Assembly: GCA_963728025.1 (NCBI GenBank)
Contig: CAVSIF010000003.1
Span: 20,596 to 84,595 of the forward strand
Direction: 5' to 3'
Length of the DNA: 64,000 bases
DNA from: an uncultured Actinomycetes bacterium
GTDB taxonomy: Bacteria; Actinomycetota; Thermoleophilia; Solirubrobacterales; 70-9
Below the pieces are notes generated by a model, which saw only the letters and a list, made by a program, of their open reading frames with translations, had not been told where the DNA came from and ran no database searches. Numbering within the stretch: position 1 is the stretch's first letter; every line of letters begins with the position of its first letter. Below are positions 1-10,019 of this stretch, one piece after another. A program made the position numbers and the translations under genes.

Positions 1-798
1 AGCTGTTCCTGGATCGGGCTGGGGCGCCAGCGCTCCGGTTCGCCGCCCTGGACGAAGAAGGAGCGGGCGATCGTCAGGTTGACGTCGAGTCCGATCAGGT
101 CGAGCAGCTCGAACGGCCCCATCCGGAAGCCGCCGCCGAGGCGGACGATGCGGTCGATCGTCGCCGCGTCGGCGACCCCGTCGCCGAGCATCCGCAGCGA
201 CTCCAGTGAGAAAGGACGAGCGAGCCGGTTGGCGACGAAGCCGGGGCTGTCCTTGGCGCGGATCGGGGTGCGGCCCATCCGCTCGGCGACGGCGGTCGTC
301 AGCGCCAGCGCCTGCTCTGAGGAGCGCTCCGTCGCGACCACCTCGACCAGTTTCATCAGCGCCGGCGGGTTGAAAAAGTGCATCCCGACGACCCGCTCCG
401 GGCCGGGGCCCCGGCCGCGATCTCGGCGACCCGCAGCGAGGAGGTGTTGGTGGCGAGGACCGTCTCCGGGCCGCAGGCCGCGGCGACAGCGGCGAGCAGC
501 TCGCGCTTCAGCTCCAGTACCTCGGGCACCGCCTCGATCACCAGCTCGCACCCGGCCAGGTCGGAAAGCTCGGTCGTCGCGTCGAGCAGCTCGACCGCGG
601 CGTCGCCTTCGGCGAGGGTCCAGCGATTGCGGTCGACCCCCTTCGCCAGGGCCTCGCCGATCCGTTCTTGGCCGCTCTCCAGGGCCTCGGCGTCGGAGTC
701 GTAGACGAGGGTCTCGAACTCGCCGAGCGCGGCGAGCTGGGCGATGCCGCCGCCCATAGTGCCGGCACCGAGGATGCCGATCCGGGTGACGGTCACCG
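1..798 (-). CDS. 3-hydroxyacyl-CoA (3-hydroxybutyryl-CoA) dehydrogenase; C-terminus runs off the window; frame broken by an apparent 1-nt indel near 405-418
   Basis: GTG at 796-798 directly after the crotonase stop. Rossmann motif IGILGAGTMGGGIAQ. After ...TNTSSLRVAEIAAG the family-typical PERVVGMHFFNPPALMKLVEVV continues in another frame of the same strand. Confidence 0.8.
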
Positions 799-1566
799 GC
801 CCCGGAAGTCCGGCTCGCGCTTCTCGAGGAAGGCCTGCATCCCCTCGACCCGGTCCTCGCTCGCCATCGCCCGCTCGAACAGCTCGCGCTCGCGCAGCAG
901 TCCCTCGGTGAGCGTCGTCTCCGCGGCGGCGAGCACCGCCTGTTTCGCCAGCCGCGCGGCGAGCGGCGCCCGCGCCGCCACCGTCCGCGCCAGCTCGATC
1001 GCCTCGTCCAGCCAGCGGCCCTTGCCGACGACGGCGTTGACCAGGCCCCACTCCTGGGCCGTCTCGGCGTCGAAGAGGCGGCCGGTAAGCACGTACTCCA
1101 TCGCCCGCTGCTTGCCGATCGCCCGCGCCAGGCGCTGGCTGCCACCGCCGCCGGGGATGATCCCGAGGGTGATCTCGGGCTGGCCGAAGCGGGCCTTCTG
1201 GTCGGCGACGATCATGTCGCAGGCCAGCGCCAGCTCGCAGCCGCCGCCGAGGGCGAAGCCGGAGACCGCGGCGATCGTCGGCGTCTCGACCGCCGCCAGC
1301 CCGCGCCAGAACTCGAGTCCGGCTGAGTCCGGAGCGGCGTCGAGCGGGCGTTCGGCCATCGCCCTGATGTCGGCGCCGGCAGCGAAGACCTTGTCGGAGC
1401 CGGCGATCACGATGCAGCGCACCTCGGGGTCGGCGTCGCAGCGCCGCAGCGCCTCGGTCAGCTGCTCGCGCAGCTCGGCCGAGAGGGCGTTGCGGGCCTC
1501 CGGCCGGTTCAGCCGCAGCAGGGCGACGTGGCGCTCGTCGACCGACGTCTCGACCAGTGCGGCCAA
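793..1566 (-). CDS. enoyl-CoA hydratase/isomerase (crotonase family)
   Basis: 257-aa ORF with LLRLNRPEARNAL, VIAGSDKVFAAGADI and GGGCELALACD, typical of the crotonase fold. Confidence 0.85.
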   Translation of the reverse strand: MAALVETSVDERHVALLRLNRPEARNALSAELREQLTEALRRCDADPEVRCIVIAGSDKVFAAGADIRAMAERPLDAAPDSAGLEFWRGLAAVETPTIAAVSGFALGGGCELALACDMIVADQKARFGQPEITLGIIPGGGGSQRLARAIGKQRAMEYVLTGRLFDAETAQEWGLVNAVVGKGRWLDEAIELARTVAARAPLAARLAKQAVLAAAETTLTEGLLRERELFERAMASEDRVEGMQAFLEKREPDFRGR

Positions 1567-1573
1567 GGCGCGC

Positions 1574-2743
1574 TCAGCTCTCCTCGAAGGGCAGCATCGC
1601 GTTGATCCCGGTCGCGGCGCGGCCGATGATCAGTTTCTGGATCTGCGAGGTGCCCTCGTAGAGGGTGGTGACGCGGGCGTCGCGCAGGTAACGCTCAACT
1701 GGGTAGTCGTCGACGTAGCCGGCGCCGCCGTGGACCTGGATCGCGAGGTTGGCGCACTCGACCGCCGACTCGGTCGCGTACAGCTTCGCGACCGAGGTCT
1801 CCAGCGTGTTCGGCTTGCCTTCGTCCTTGAGCGCGCCCGCGCGGTAGACCAGCATGCGGCTGGCGTCGCGCTTGAGGATCATGTCGGCGATCATCTCCTG
1901 GACCAGCTGGAAGCGGGCCAGCGGCACCCCGAACTGCTTGCGCTCCTTGGCGTAGGCGACCGAAGCTTCGACGCAGCCTTCGCAGATCCCGACGCAGCCG
2001 GCGGCGACGCTGTAGCGGCCGTTGTCGAGGGCGCTCATCGCCACCTTGAAGCCGTCGCCGACCTCGCCCAGCAGCGCCTCCTCGCCGACCTCGACCGCGT
2101 CGAGCGAGATCTCGCCGGTGTCGGAGGAGCGCAGCCCGAGCTTGCCGTGGATCTCCTGGGTGGTGAAGCCCTCCGCTGCCGTCGGGACGAGGAAGCAGGC
2201 GAGGCCGCGGTGCTTCTTCTCGGGGTCGGTCTGGGCGAAGATCAGCGCCACCTCGGAGAAGTTGGCGAGCGAGATCCACATCTTCTGGCCGCTGATCGAC
2301 CAGCCTGAGTCGGTCTTGGTCGCGCGGGTGCGCAGGTTGGCGGCGTCGGAACCGGTGTCGGGCTCGGTCAGGCCGAAGCAGCCGAGCCACTCGCCCGAGC
2401 AGAGCTTCGGCAGCCACTTCTGCTTCTGCTCCTCCGTGCCCCACTTCTCGATCGAACCCGCCACGAGCGAGGTCTGCACGGAGACGACGGTGCGGGCGGA
2501 GGAGTCGGCGCGGCCGACCTGTTCGACGATCAGGCCGTAGCCGAGGTAGTCGAGGCCGCGGCCGCCGTAGCGCTCGGCGACCGGGGCGCCGAGATAGCCG
2601 ACCTCGCCCAGTTTGCTAGCCAGCTCACGGTCGAAGCGGGCGGCGCGGTCGTTCTCCTTGACCCGGGGGATGATCTCCTTGTCGGCGAATTCGCGCGCCA
2701 CCTCGGAGATCAGTCGCTGCTCGTCGCTCAGCTGGAAGTCCAT
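1574..2743 (-). CDS. acyl-CoA dehydrogenase (short/medium-chain type)
   Basis: 389-aa ORF with GLTEPDTGSDA and QVHGGAGYVDDYPVERYLRDARVTTLYEGTSQIQ, the ACAD signature region. Confidence 0.9.
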   Translation of the reverse strand: MDFQLSDEQRLISEVAREFADKEIIPRVKENDRAARFDRELASKLGEVGYLGAPVAERYGGRGLDYLGYGLIVEQVGRADSSARTVVSVQTSLVAGSIEKWGTEEQKQKWLPKLCSGEWLGCFGLTEPDTGSDAANLRTRATKTDSGWSISGQKMWISLANFSEVALIFAQTDPEKKHRGLACFLVPTAAEGFTTQEIHGKLGLRSSDTGEISLDAVEVGEEALLGEVGDGFKVAMSALDNGRYSVAAGCVGICEGCVEASVAYAKERKQFGVPLARFQLVQEMIADMILKRDASRMLVYRAGALKDEGKPNTLETSVAKLYATESAVECANLAIQVHGGAGYVDDYPVERYLRDARVTTLYEGTSQIQKLIIGRAATGINAMLPFEES

Positions 2744-2761
2744 CTCACCCCTATCTCATCG

Positions 2762-2810
2762 GTTGCTGTCGTCTTTTGGTGCGGATAGCGACCCAAAGGG
2801 CGACAGCAAC
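2762..2810. repeat. ~48-nt palindromic intergenic element, copy 1 (second copy at 23119-23166)
   Basis: GTTGCTGTCGTCTTTTGGTGCGGATAGCGACCCAAAGGGCGACAGCAAC. The arms GTTGCTGTCG / CGACAGCAAC are perfect complements and extend imperfectly. Lies between two minus-strand genes. Confidence 0.7.
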
Positions 2811-2816
2811 GGTTGG

Positions 2817-3620
2817 TCATGCCAGTTCCCGCAGCTCGCGGCCGAGCGTCTCGGCGAAGGCCTGCTGCGCCTCGCGGGTGCGCGGGCCGGGGGCGGCGGG
2901 GAGGGCCCTGCCGTCGATCGCCGCGACCGCCTGCACCTCGCGCGTGGTCGAGGCGAGGAAGGCCTCGCCGGCGGCGCGCAGGTCCTCCACGTCCCAGCTG
3001 CCCTCTTCGACCTCGAGCGCCTTGACCAGGCGGTCGCGGGTGATCGACTCGAGCACGCCGTCGGTCAGCGCCGGGGTGCGCAGGGGGCCGTCGGCCGAGA
3101 CCCAGAAGATCGCCGAGGTCGGCGGCTCCAGCACCGTGCCCTCCGGCCGCACCAGCACCGCCTCGTCGGCGCCGCGCCCTTTCGCGATCCGGCTGGCCTG
3201 CATGTTGGCGGCGTAGGAGAGCGACTTGACCCCGTTCAGGATCACCGTCGGGCAGTAGGTCACGGTGGCGACGCTGAGCGTCTCGCCGTGGGCCGGGATC
3301 GGCTCGGTGGCGGCGATGCGGCGGCCGCCGCGGGTGACGATCAGCCGCAGCTGCCCGTCGAGCGGGCCAGCCGCGGTCAGCAGTGCTTCGATCTCCCGCT
3401 CCAGCGCCGGGCGGTCGAACTCGAGCTCGATCGCCGCGGCCGAGCGGCCGAGCCGGTTGAGGTGGTCGACCAGCGCGAACGGCTTGCCCTCGTAGAGGCG
3501 GATCACCTCGAAGGCGCCGTCGCCGCGGTAGAGGCCGTCGTCCTTCATCGGCACCGTCGCCTCGGCCGTCGGGGTCACCTTCCCGTCGACGCTGGCCAGC
3601 TCTGCGAATGCGGCCGTCAT
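2817..3620 (-). CDS. class IV (fold type IV) aminotransferase, branched-chain aminotransferase / aminodeoxychorismate lyase-like
   Basis: 267-aa ORF with DDGLYRGDGAFEVIRLYEGKPF, GVKSLSY and ITRD patterns typical of the family. Confidence 0.7.
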   Translation of the reverse strand: MTAAFAELASVDGKVTPTAEATVPMKDDGLYRGDGAFEVIRLYEGKPFALVDHLNRLGRSAAAIELEFDRPALEREIEALLTAAGPLDGQLRLIVTRGGRRIAATEPIPAHGETLSVATVTYCPTVILNGVKSLSYAANMQASRIAKGRGADEAVLVRPEGTVLEPPTSAIFWVSADGPLRTPALTDGVLESITRDRLVKALEVEEGSWDVEDLRAAGEAFLASTTREVQAVAAIDGRALPAAPGPRTREAQQAFAETLGRELRELA

Positions 3621-3663
3621 CGCGGCGAGGCTACCTCAGACGCTCGCGCGGTCGGGTGTCCGG

Positions 3664-4869
3664 CTAGCCCTGGAGGATGCTGGCGGGGCAGCGCCCGGGC
3701 CTGTCGCTACGCAGCCAGCAGCGGACGCTGATCGAGCGGAACCGGTACCGCTTGTCCCAGACGATCGCGTCGTCCTCCACCGCGTAGAAGACGTCGATCC
3801 GGCCGGAGTAGAGCCTCGGGCCGCTGCGCCAGACGAGGCCACAGGCGTACCGCGCCGGGCCGAACCGCTGGCAGCGGATTTCGAGGATGTCGGCGCGCAG
3901 GAAGCGGCTGCCGAAGGCGTCGGTGAGCGCCGCGCGCATGAAGATGAAGGCGTCGTCGGTGCGCAGCCGTGGAATCGTCGGGTTGACGACCGGCGGCGGC
4001 ACCCCCTGTTCGGTCGCCGCGACCCACTGGCCGGCCCAGGTCGAGACCAGGTCAGCGCGGGTGAAGATATTGGGCACCTTGGTGCTGCAGCCGGGGCCGC
4101 CGGTGCTGACCACGCCGAGCTCGACCGCCGAGCCGTCGGCGCGGTAGGCGATCGCCGGGCCGCCGCTGTCGCCGAAGCAGCCGCCGGTGCGCAGGCCGGG
4201 CGGGCTCGAGGTGCACATCTGGGCGGTGGGGGAGTAGGCCGGCTCGTAGCGCCGCGTCTTCGCCTTGCAGGTGGCGGGACCCTGCACCACGCCGGTGGTG
4301 GCCTGGAGGTTCTGTGGCGTGGACCGGGGCCTGAAGCTGTTCAGGCCCCAGCCGGCGACCGCGACCGTCGTGCCTTCGGCGTAGAGCGGCGCGTCGGCGG
4401 CGCTCGCCAGGGCGATCGGAGGGGCGGCGGTCGGGGCGGCGAGGACGAGCAGGCCGGCGTCGCCTTGGCCGGTCCCGGGGTTGTACCCCGGGAAGACGTG
4501 GGTGGCGCTGACCGCGAGCCGTTCGGCGGGGGTCGAGCGGTAGGGATTGGCGAGGCCGGCGACGACCGTGAACCGGCCTGGCGGCGCGATGCCGCCGCGG
4601 TCGAGGTCCTCGATGCAGTGGGCGGCGGTGAGGACGAGGCGCGGCGAGATCACCGTGCCGGTGCAGGAGAGGGCGCTGTCGCCCTCGGACCTGACGATGA
4701 AGGCCATCGAGGGGAACTCGGCGATCGTGGCGGTGCGGCCGTTGATGATCGACGCCTGCGCTCCGCCGGCGGCGGCCGGGGCGGTGGCGGGCAGCGACAG
4801 CGCGATCGCGATCACGGCAAAAAGGGCGGCGCCGGCCAGGCGCCGCTTGCGCGGCTCTCCCCAGGTCAT
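3664..4869 (-). CDS. secreted trypsin-like (S1) serine protease with extra C-terminal domain
   Basis: N-terminal signal-like segment RLAGAALFAVIAIALSLPATA. IINGR start of mature domain, catalytic LTAAHC and GDSGGP. Confidence 0.85.
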   Translation of the reverse strand: MTWGEPRKRRLAGAALFAVIAIALSLPATAPAAAGGAQASIINGRTATIAEFPSMAFIVRSEGDSALSCTGTVISPRLVLTAAHCIEDLDRGGIAPPGRFTVVAGLANPYRSTPAERLAVSATHVFPGYNPGTGQGDAGLLVLAAPTAAPPIALASAADAPLYAEGTTVAVAGWGLNSFRPRSTPQNLQATTGVVQGPATCKAKTRRYEPAYSPTAQMCTSSPPGLRTGGCFGDSGGPAIAYRADGSAVELGVVSTGGPGCSTKVPNIFTRADLVSTWAGQWVAATEQGVPPPVVNPTIPRLRTDDAFIFMRAALTDAFGSRFLRADILEIRCQRFGPARYACGLVWRSGPRLYSGRIDVFYAVEDDAIVWDKRYRFRSISVRCWLRSDRPGRCPASILQG

Positions 4870-4909
4870 GGCGACAGCCTAATGACTCGCTGAGCGTTCA
4901 GCCGGGTTT

Positions 4910-6109
<1,200 letters not shown>

Positions 6110-6113
6110 CGGG

Positions 6114-6428
6114 ATGAACCGTATCCTTGTTCAGATGCTGTACCTACTGGGGACCCTGGGGATCATCGTCTTCCTGATCGCCGTTCTGGTGCTCGTCGGC
6201 CGCTTCTATCCCGGCAGCGACGCCGACCTGATCGACTGGAAGCCGACCCGCTCGCCCCAGGTCGAGGCGGAAAACGAGATCGACGACATCCGCCAGATGA
6301 TGGAAGCCCAGAACGAGATGCGGCGGCGCCGCGGCGCCCCGGAGATGACCGAGTCTGAGCTGCAGGAGTCGGTCGCCGAAGACGAGCAGGCGCGGCTGCG
6401 CGGCCGCGGCCCGTTCGAAACGATGTAG
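6114..6428 (+). CDS. small membrane-anchored protein, unknown function
   Basis: One N-terminal TM helix ([20 protein letters not shown]) then an acidic/basic helical tail. Strong G/C at third codon positions. Confidence 0.55.
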   Translation: MNRILVQMLYLLGTLGIIVFLIAVLVLVGRFYPGSDADLIDWKPTRSPQVEAENEIDDIRQMMEAQNEMRRRRGAPEMTESELQESVAEDEQARLRGRGPFETM

Positions 6429-6433
6429 GCGAC

Positions 6434-6892
6434 GTGGCGCGGGCGCTGATCATCGGCTGCGGCTGCCGCGGCAGGGAGCTGGGCCGGCACCTGCTCGACG
6501 AAGGCTGGGCGGTGCGCGGGACCAGCCGCCGCGAGGAGGGCCTGGCGGCGATCGCGGCGGCCGGGATCGAGCCGGCACTCGCCGACCCCGACCGGGTCGG
6601 GACGGTGCTGGAGCTGGTCGCCGACGTCGCCGTGCTGGTCTTGCTGCTCGGCGGCGCCAGCGGCGACGAGGAGGGGCTGGCGGCGCTGCACGGGCCGCGC
6701 CTGGAGCGGCTGCTCGAGCACCTGGTCGAAACTCCCGTGCGGGGGATCCTCTACGAGGGAACCGAGGCCGGGGAGGAGGTGGTGCGCGCTGCCGGCCGCA
6801 CCTGGCGGATACCGGTCGGGATCCTCGGCGAGAAGGCGAACCTGCCTGCCGCTGTCGAGGCGGTTCTCGGGCCGGCAAACCTAAATAGCTAA
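6434..6892 (+). CDS. hypothetical protein with Rossmann-like N-terminus
   Basis: 152-aa ORF beginning ALIIGCGCRGRELGRHLLDEGWAVRG (GxGxxG-like). Function not recognisable. Confidence 0.45.
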   Translation: MARALIIGCGCRGRELGRHLLDEGWAVRGTSRREEGLAAIAAAGIEPALADPDRVGTVLELVADVAVLVLLLGGASGDEEGLAALHGPRLERLLEHLVETPVRGILYEGTEAGEEVVRAAGRTWRIPVGILGEKANLPAAVEAVLGPANLNS

Positions 6893-6945
6893 ACTCGGAT
6901 GGGAATTAAGGTTTTTGACCGCAAGCACGCGAGAGGAGCGGGTCC

Positions 6946-7605
6946 ATGGCGTTGCAGCTTGGTGAGGTAGCACCTGATTTCGAGGCCGACACGACCGAGG
7001 GCCGGATCCGCTTCCATGACTGGATCGACGACTCGTGGGCGGTCCTCTTCTCCCACCCGAAGGACTTCACCCCGGTCTGCACGACCGAGCTTGGCTACAT
7101 GGCCAGCATCAAGCCCGAGTTCGACAAGCGCGGCGTGAAGATCATCGGGCTCTCGGTCGACCCGCTCGACAAACACGAGGGCTGGGCCAGCGACATCGCT
7201 GAGACCCAGGGGACGGCGCCAAACTACCCGATCATCAGCGACGCTGACTTCGCGGTCTCGAAGCTCTACGGGATGCTGCCGGCCGACGTCTCTGGTGACG
7301 CCGGCGATCGCACGCCGGTCGACAACCAGACCGTGCGCAACGTCTTCGTGATCGGCCCCGACAAGAAAGTCAAACTGATCCTCGTCTACCCGATGACGAC
7401 CGGGCGCAACTTCGACGAGGTGTTGCGGGTGATCGACTCGCTGCAGCTGACCGCCCAGCACAAAGTCGCGACCCCGGCTCAGTGGCAGCAGGGCGACGAC
7501 GTGATCATCGCCGGCTCGGTCTCCAACGACCAGGCGAAAGAGATCTACCCGGATGGCTGGGAGGAGCCGAAGCCCTACATCCGCATCGTCCCTCAGCCCA
7601 GGTAG
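6946..7605 (+). CDS. 1-Cys peroxiredoxin (Prx6-type)
   Basis: 219-aa ORF with HPKDFTPVCTTEL peroxidatic-Cys motif and overall Prx6-like layout. Confidence 0.9.
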   Translation: MALQLGEVAPDFEADTTEGRIRFHDWIDDSWAVLFSHPKDFTPVCTTELGYMASIKPEFDKRGVKIIGLSVDPLDKHEGWASDIAETQGTAPNYPIISDADFAVSKLYGMLPADVSGDAGDRTPVDNQTVRNVFVIGPDKKVKLILVYPMTTGRNFDEVLRVIDSLQLTAQHKVATPAQWQQGDDVIIAGSVSNDQAKEIYPDGWEEPKPYIRIVPQPR

Positions 7606-8087
7606 TCAGCCAGGATTCTCGCCGTCGCGCCCCAGATCAGCTGCCCTTCGACCTCGTAGGTGGGGGTGTGGATCGGGACGCCATGGCGGACCAGGCGGCG
7701 CATCGCGTAGCTCTCGCGCAGCGGCTCGAGCGAGAAGGTGAGGATGGTCTCGACCTCGGCCGGATTCGGCCGCAGGTCGAGATCGCGCGGGTGGGGGATG
7801 CGGCCGACGAAGGGGTGGACGAGGTAGCCGGTGGCAAAGGTCTTGGTCGGCGGCAGCGCCTCGCCCAGCTCGACCGTGGCGGGGTCGAGGCCGATCTCCT
7901 CCTCCGCCTCGCGCAGGGCGGTGGCGGCGAGGTCGGCGTCGCCCGCGTCGCGGCGGCCGCCGGGGAAGGAGATCTCGCCGGCGTGGCGGCGCAGGTCGGC
8001 GCGGCGCTCGGTGAAGACCAGGCCGGGGTCGTCGGGCCAGCCGTAGAGGGGCAGGAGGACCGCCGCCTCGACCGCGCCGCCGATCAA
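7593..8087 (-). CDS. NUDIX hydrolase (CoA pyrophosphatase-like)
   Basis: Nudix box GGRRDAGDADLAATALREAEEEIGL. Confidence 0.8.
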   Translation of the reverse strand: MIGGAVEAAVLLPLYGWPDDPGLVFTERRADLRRHAGEISFPGGRRDAGDADLAATALREAEEEIGLDPATVELGEALPPTKTFATGYLVHPFVGRIPHPRDLDLRPNPAEVETILTFSLEPLRESYAMRRLVRHGVPIHTPTYEVEGQLIWGATARILADYLG

Positions 8088-8896
8088 ACGATGACCTGGA
8101 CGGTGCCGCCGTCGACCGACCAGGCGGCGCCGGCGACGTAGGAGGCGCGCGCGGAGCAGAGGAAGACGATCGCGGCGGCGATCTCAGCCGGCGCGGCGAG
8201 GCGGCCGATCGGGCGCTTCGAGCCGGCTTCGGCGAGGGCGTCCTCGCGGGTCTCGGCGCCGCTCATCCGCTGCGACTGGTCGAGCAGGCCGCCCTCCTCC
8301 ATCCACATCTCCGATTCGACCGGGCCGGGGCAGATCGCGTTGACGAGGACGCCGGCCTTCGCGTAGCGGTCGGCGAAGAGGCGCGAGAGCGAGAGCTCGG
8401 CCGCCTTCGCCACCGAGTACTCGGGCATCGCCGCCGAGGGGCGCTTGCCGGCGGTCGAGCAGACGTTGACGACGCGGCCCCAACCGCGCTCGGCCATCGC
8501 CGGGACGGCGGTGCGCATCGCCCGCAGCGGCGCCATCACGTTGAGCTCGTACTGGGCGTACCAGTCCTCGTCGGGGACGTCCTCGAGCCGGCGCCAGGCG
8601 GCGCTGCCGGCGTTGTTGACGAGCACGTCGAGGCTGCCGAAGCGCTCGCTGGCGGCGGTGAGCATGCGCTCACCGGCGTCGCTGGCGGTGACGTCGAGGG
8701 CGAGCGGGGCGGCCCGGCCGCCGGCCGCCGCGCCCGCCGCCTCCGCCTCGGCGACGGCCGCGGCGAGGCGGCCCTCGTCGCGCCCGACGAGCAGCACGCC
8801 GGCGCCCTCGGCGCAGAGCTGGCGCGCCGTCTCGCGGCCGATCCCGCGGCTGGCGCCGGTGACGAGGCAGGCGCGCCCGGCGAGGCCGAGGTCCAT
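8084..8896 (-). CDS. SDR-family oxidoreductase
   Basis: Internal ATG (MDLGLAGRACLVTGASRGIGRE) gives a normal 270-aa SDR with catalytic YSVAKAA. The longer ORF extension is Arg/Gly-rich and overlaps the upstream OsmC gene (8896-9294). Confidence 0.85.
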   Translation of the reverse strand: MDLGLAGRACLVTGASRGIGRETARQLCAEGAGVLLVGRDEGRLAAAVAEAEAAGAAAGGRAAPLALDVTASDAGERMLTAASERFGSLDVLVNNAGSAAWRRLEDVPDEDWYAQYELNVMAPLRAMRTAVPAMAERGWGRVVNVCSTAGKRPSAAMPEYSVAKAAELSLSRLFADRYAKAGVLVNAICPGPVESEMWMEEGGLLDQSQRMSGAETREDALAEAGSKRPIGRLAAPAEIAAAIVFLCSARASYVAGAAWSVDGGTVQVIV

Positions 8897-9294
8897 CAGG
8901 CCGGCTCCAGGCGGTCGGCGACGGTCACCGTCGCCTCGCCGGCGAGGATCTTGTGGACGGGGCACCTGGTCGCGATCGTCAGCAGTCGCTGCCGTTGCTC
9001 GGCGTCGAGCTGGGCCGGGAGATGGACGGAGACGTCGAAGCTGCGCGGCACCGGCCCCTCGTAGCCGATCTCGACCGCCACCTCGACCGCGCCGATCTCC
9101 CACTGCTTGCGCCGCGCGTACATCTCCATCGTGATCGCGATGCAGCTGGCGAGGCTGGCGCCGAGCAGCTGGGTCGGGCGCGGCCCGGTGTCGGTGCCCC
9201 CGGCCGCGGCCGGCTCGTCGACGACGAAGCCGTGCCGGCCTTCGAGGTCGACCTCGTGGGCGTAACCGTCGATGCGGCGGACGGCGACCCGCAC
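8896..9294 (-). CDS. OsmC/Ohr-family peroxiredoxin-like protein
   Basis: 132-aa ORF with GGTDTGPRPTQLLGASLASCIAI and C-terminal TRCPVHKIL, typical of OsmC. Confidence 0.75.
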   Translation of the reverse strand: MRVAVRRIDGYAHEVDLEGRHGFVVDEPAAAGGTDTGPRPTQLLGASLASCIAITMEMYARRKQWEIGAVEVAVEIGYEGPVPRSFDVSVHLPAQLDAEQRQRLLTIATRCPVHKILAGEATVTVADRLEPA

Positions 9295-9295
9295 C

Positions 9296-9862
9296 TCAGC
9301 CCTTGCCGCGGCCCTCGAACAGGGCCGGGTCGTCGACGTCGGCGAAGCGGGCCATCGCGTAGGCGAGGTCGGAGGCGCGGTTGACGAAATGGATCACGGT
9401 CTCGCTACCGAGCTCGCCGGTCTCGGCGAGCGAGGTGATGTGACGCTCCGCACGGCGGATCACCGTGCGGGCGACGTCGAGCTGGGCCGAGAGCTGGTTG
9501 CCGCCGGGGATCACGAACTTCGGCGGCAGCTCGACCTCGGCCATGTAGCGGTCGATCAGCCGCTCCAGCTCGGCGACCATCGCCGCGGTCGTGCGGCTGA
9601 CCCCGTCTTCGAGCCGCGCGGCGGCCTCGGGGGCGGTCGCCAGCTCGGCGCCGGCGACGAAGAGGTCGTCCTGGAGGCGAAGGATGTCGGCCGCCAGCTC
9701 GGTCTCGCCGGGGCCGCAGAGGGCGCGGGCGACACCGAGCAGCGAGCAGGCCTCGTCGAGAGTGCCGTATGCCTGCGTGCGGGGGTGCTGCTTGGGGACG
9801 CGGCCGCCGTACCAGAGGGAGGTGGTCCCGTCGTCGCCCTTCTTGGTGTAGATCTTGACCAC
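9296..9862 (-). CDS. PduO-type ATP:cob(I)alamin adenosyltransferase
   Basis: N-terminus MVKIYTKKGDDGTTSL and 188-aa length are characteristic. Confidence 0.85.
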   Translation of the reverse strand: MVKIYTKKGDDGTTSLWYGGRVPKQHPRTQAYGTLDEACSLLGVARALCGPGETELAADILRLQDDLFVAGAELATAPEAAARLEDGVSRTTAAMVAELERLIDRYMAEVELPPKFVIPGGNQLSAQLDVARTVIRRAERHITSLAETGELGSETVIHFVNRASDLAYAMARFADVDDPALFEGRGKG

Positions 9863-10019
9863 TGGCTGGTCATCTTATGTGGGGCGCCTCCTGCAAACCG
9901 GCGCATCTCGCGGTCCTCGGTCGCTCGGATCGGGTCACGCACTAGAAGTGCGTTCCCCTCACCTCGCTCCCTGCGTCCCGCGACCTGCTTGGTTTTCGGA
10001 GTCGTGCGTGCTTCGGCGC

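Noticed and set aside
668-2308. Very long ORFs lying antisense or out of frame over real genes. Examples: 668-2308, 5045-6358, 15939-17186, 23400-24941, 39422-40591, 49909-51768, 56171-57778, 58572-61211 and 55990-58668.
   Set aside because: Their translations are Arg/Ala/Gly/Pro-rich low-complexity strings with no motifs. The third-position G/C signal belongs to the overlapping annotated frame. Stop-free alternative frames like these are expected by chance at ~70% GC.
9863-10019. Possible cobalamin riboswitch upstream (minus strand) of the PduO-type adenosyltransferase. The region has a GGTGAGGGGAA stretch and an ACGCACT-TCT-AGTGCGT hairpin.
   Set aside because: I could not find the conserved B12-box (GCCACTG-like) or the expected multi-stem layout. 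Adenosyltransferase genes are not typical riboswitch targets. A covariance-model scan (Rfam RF00174) would be needed to support it.
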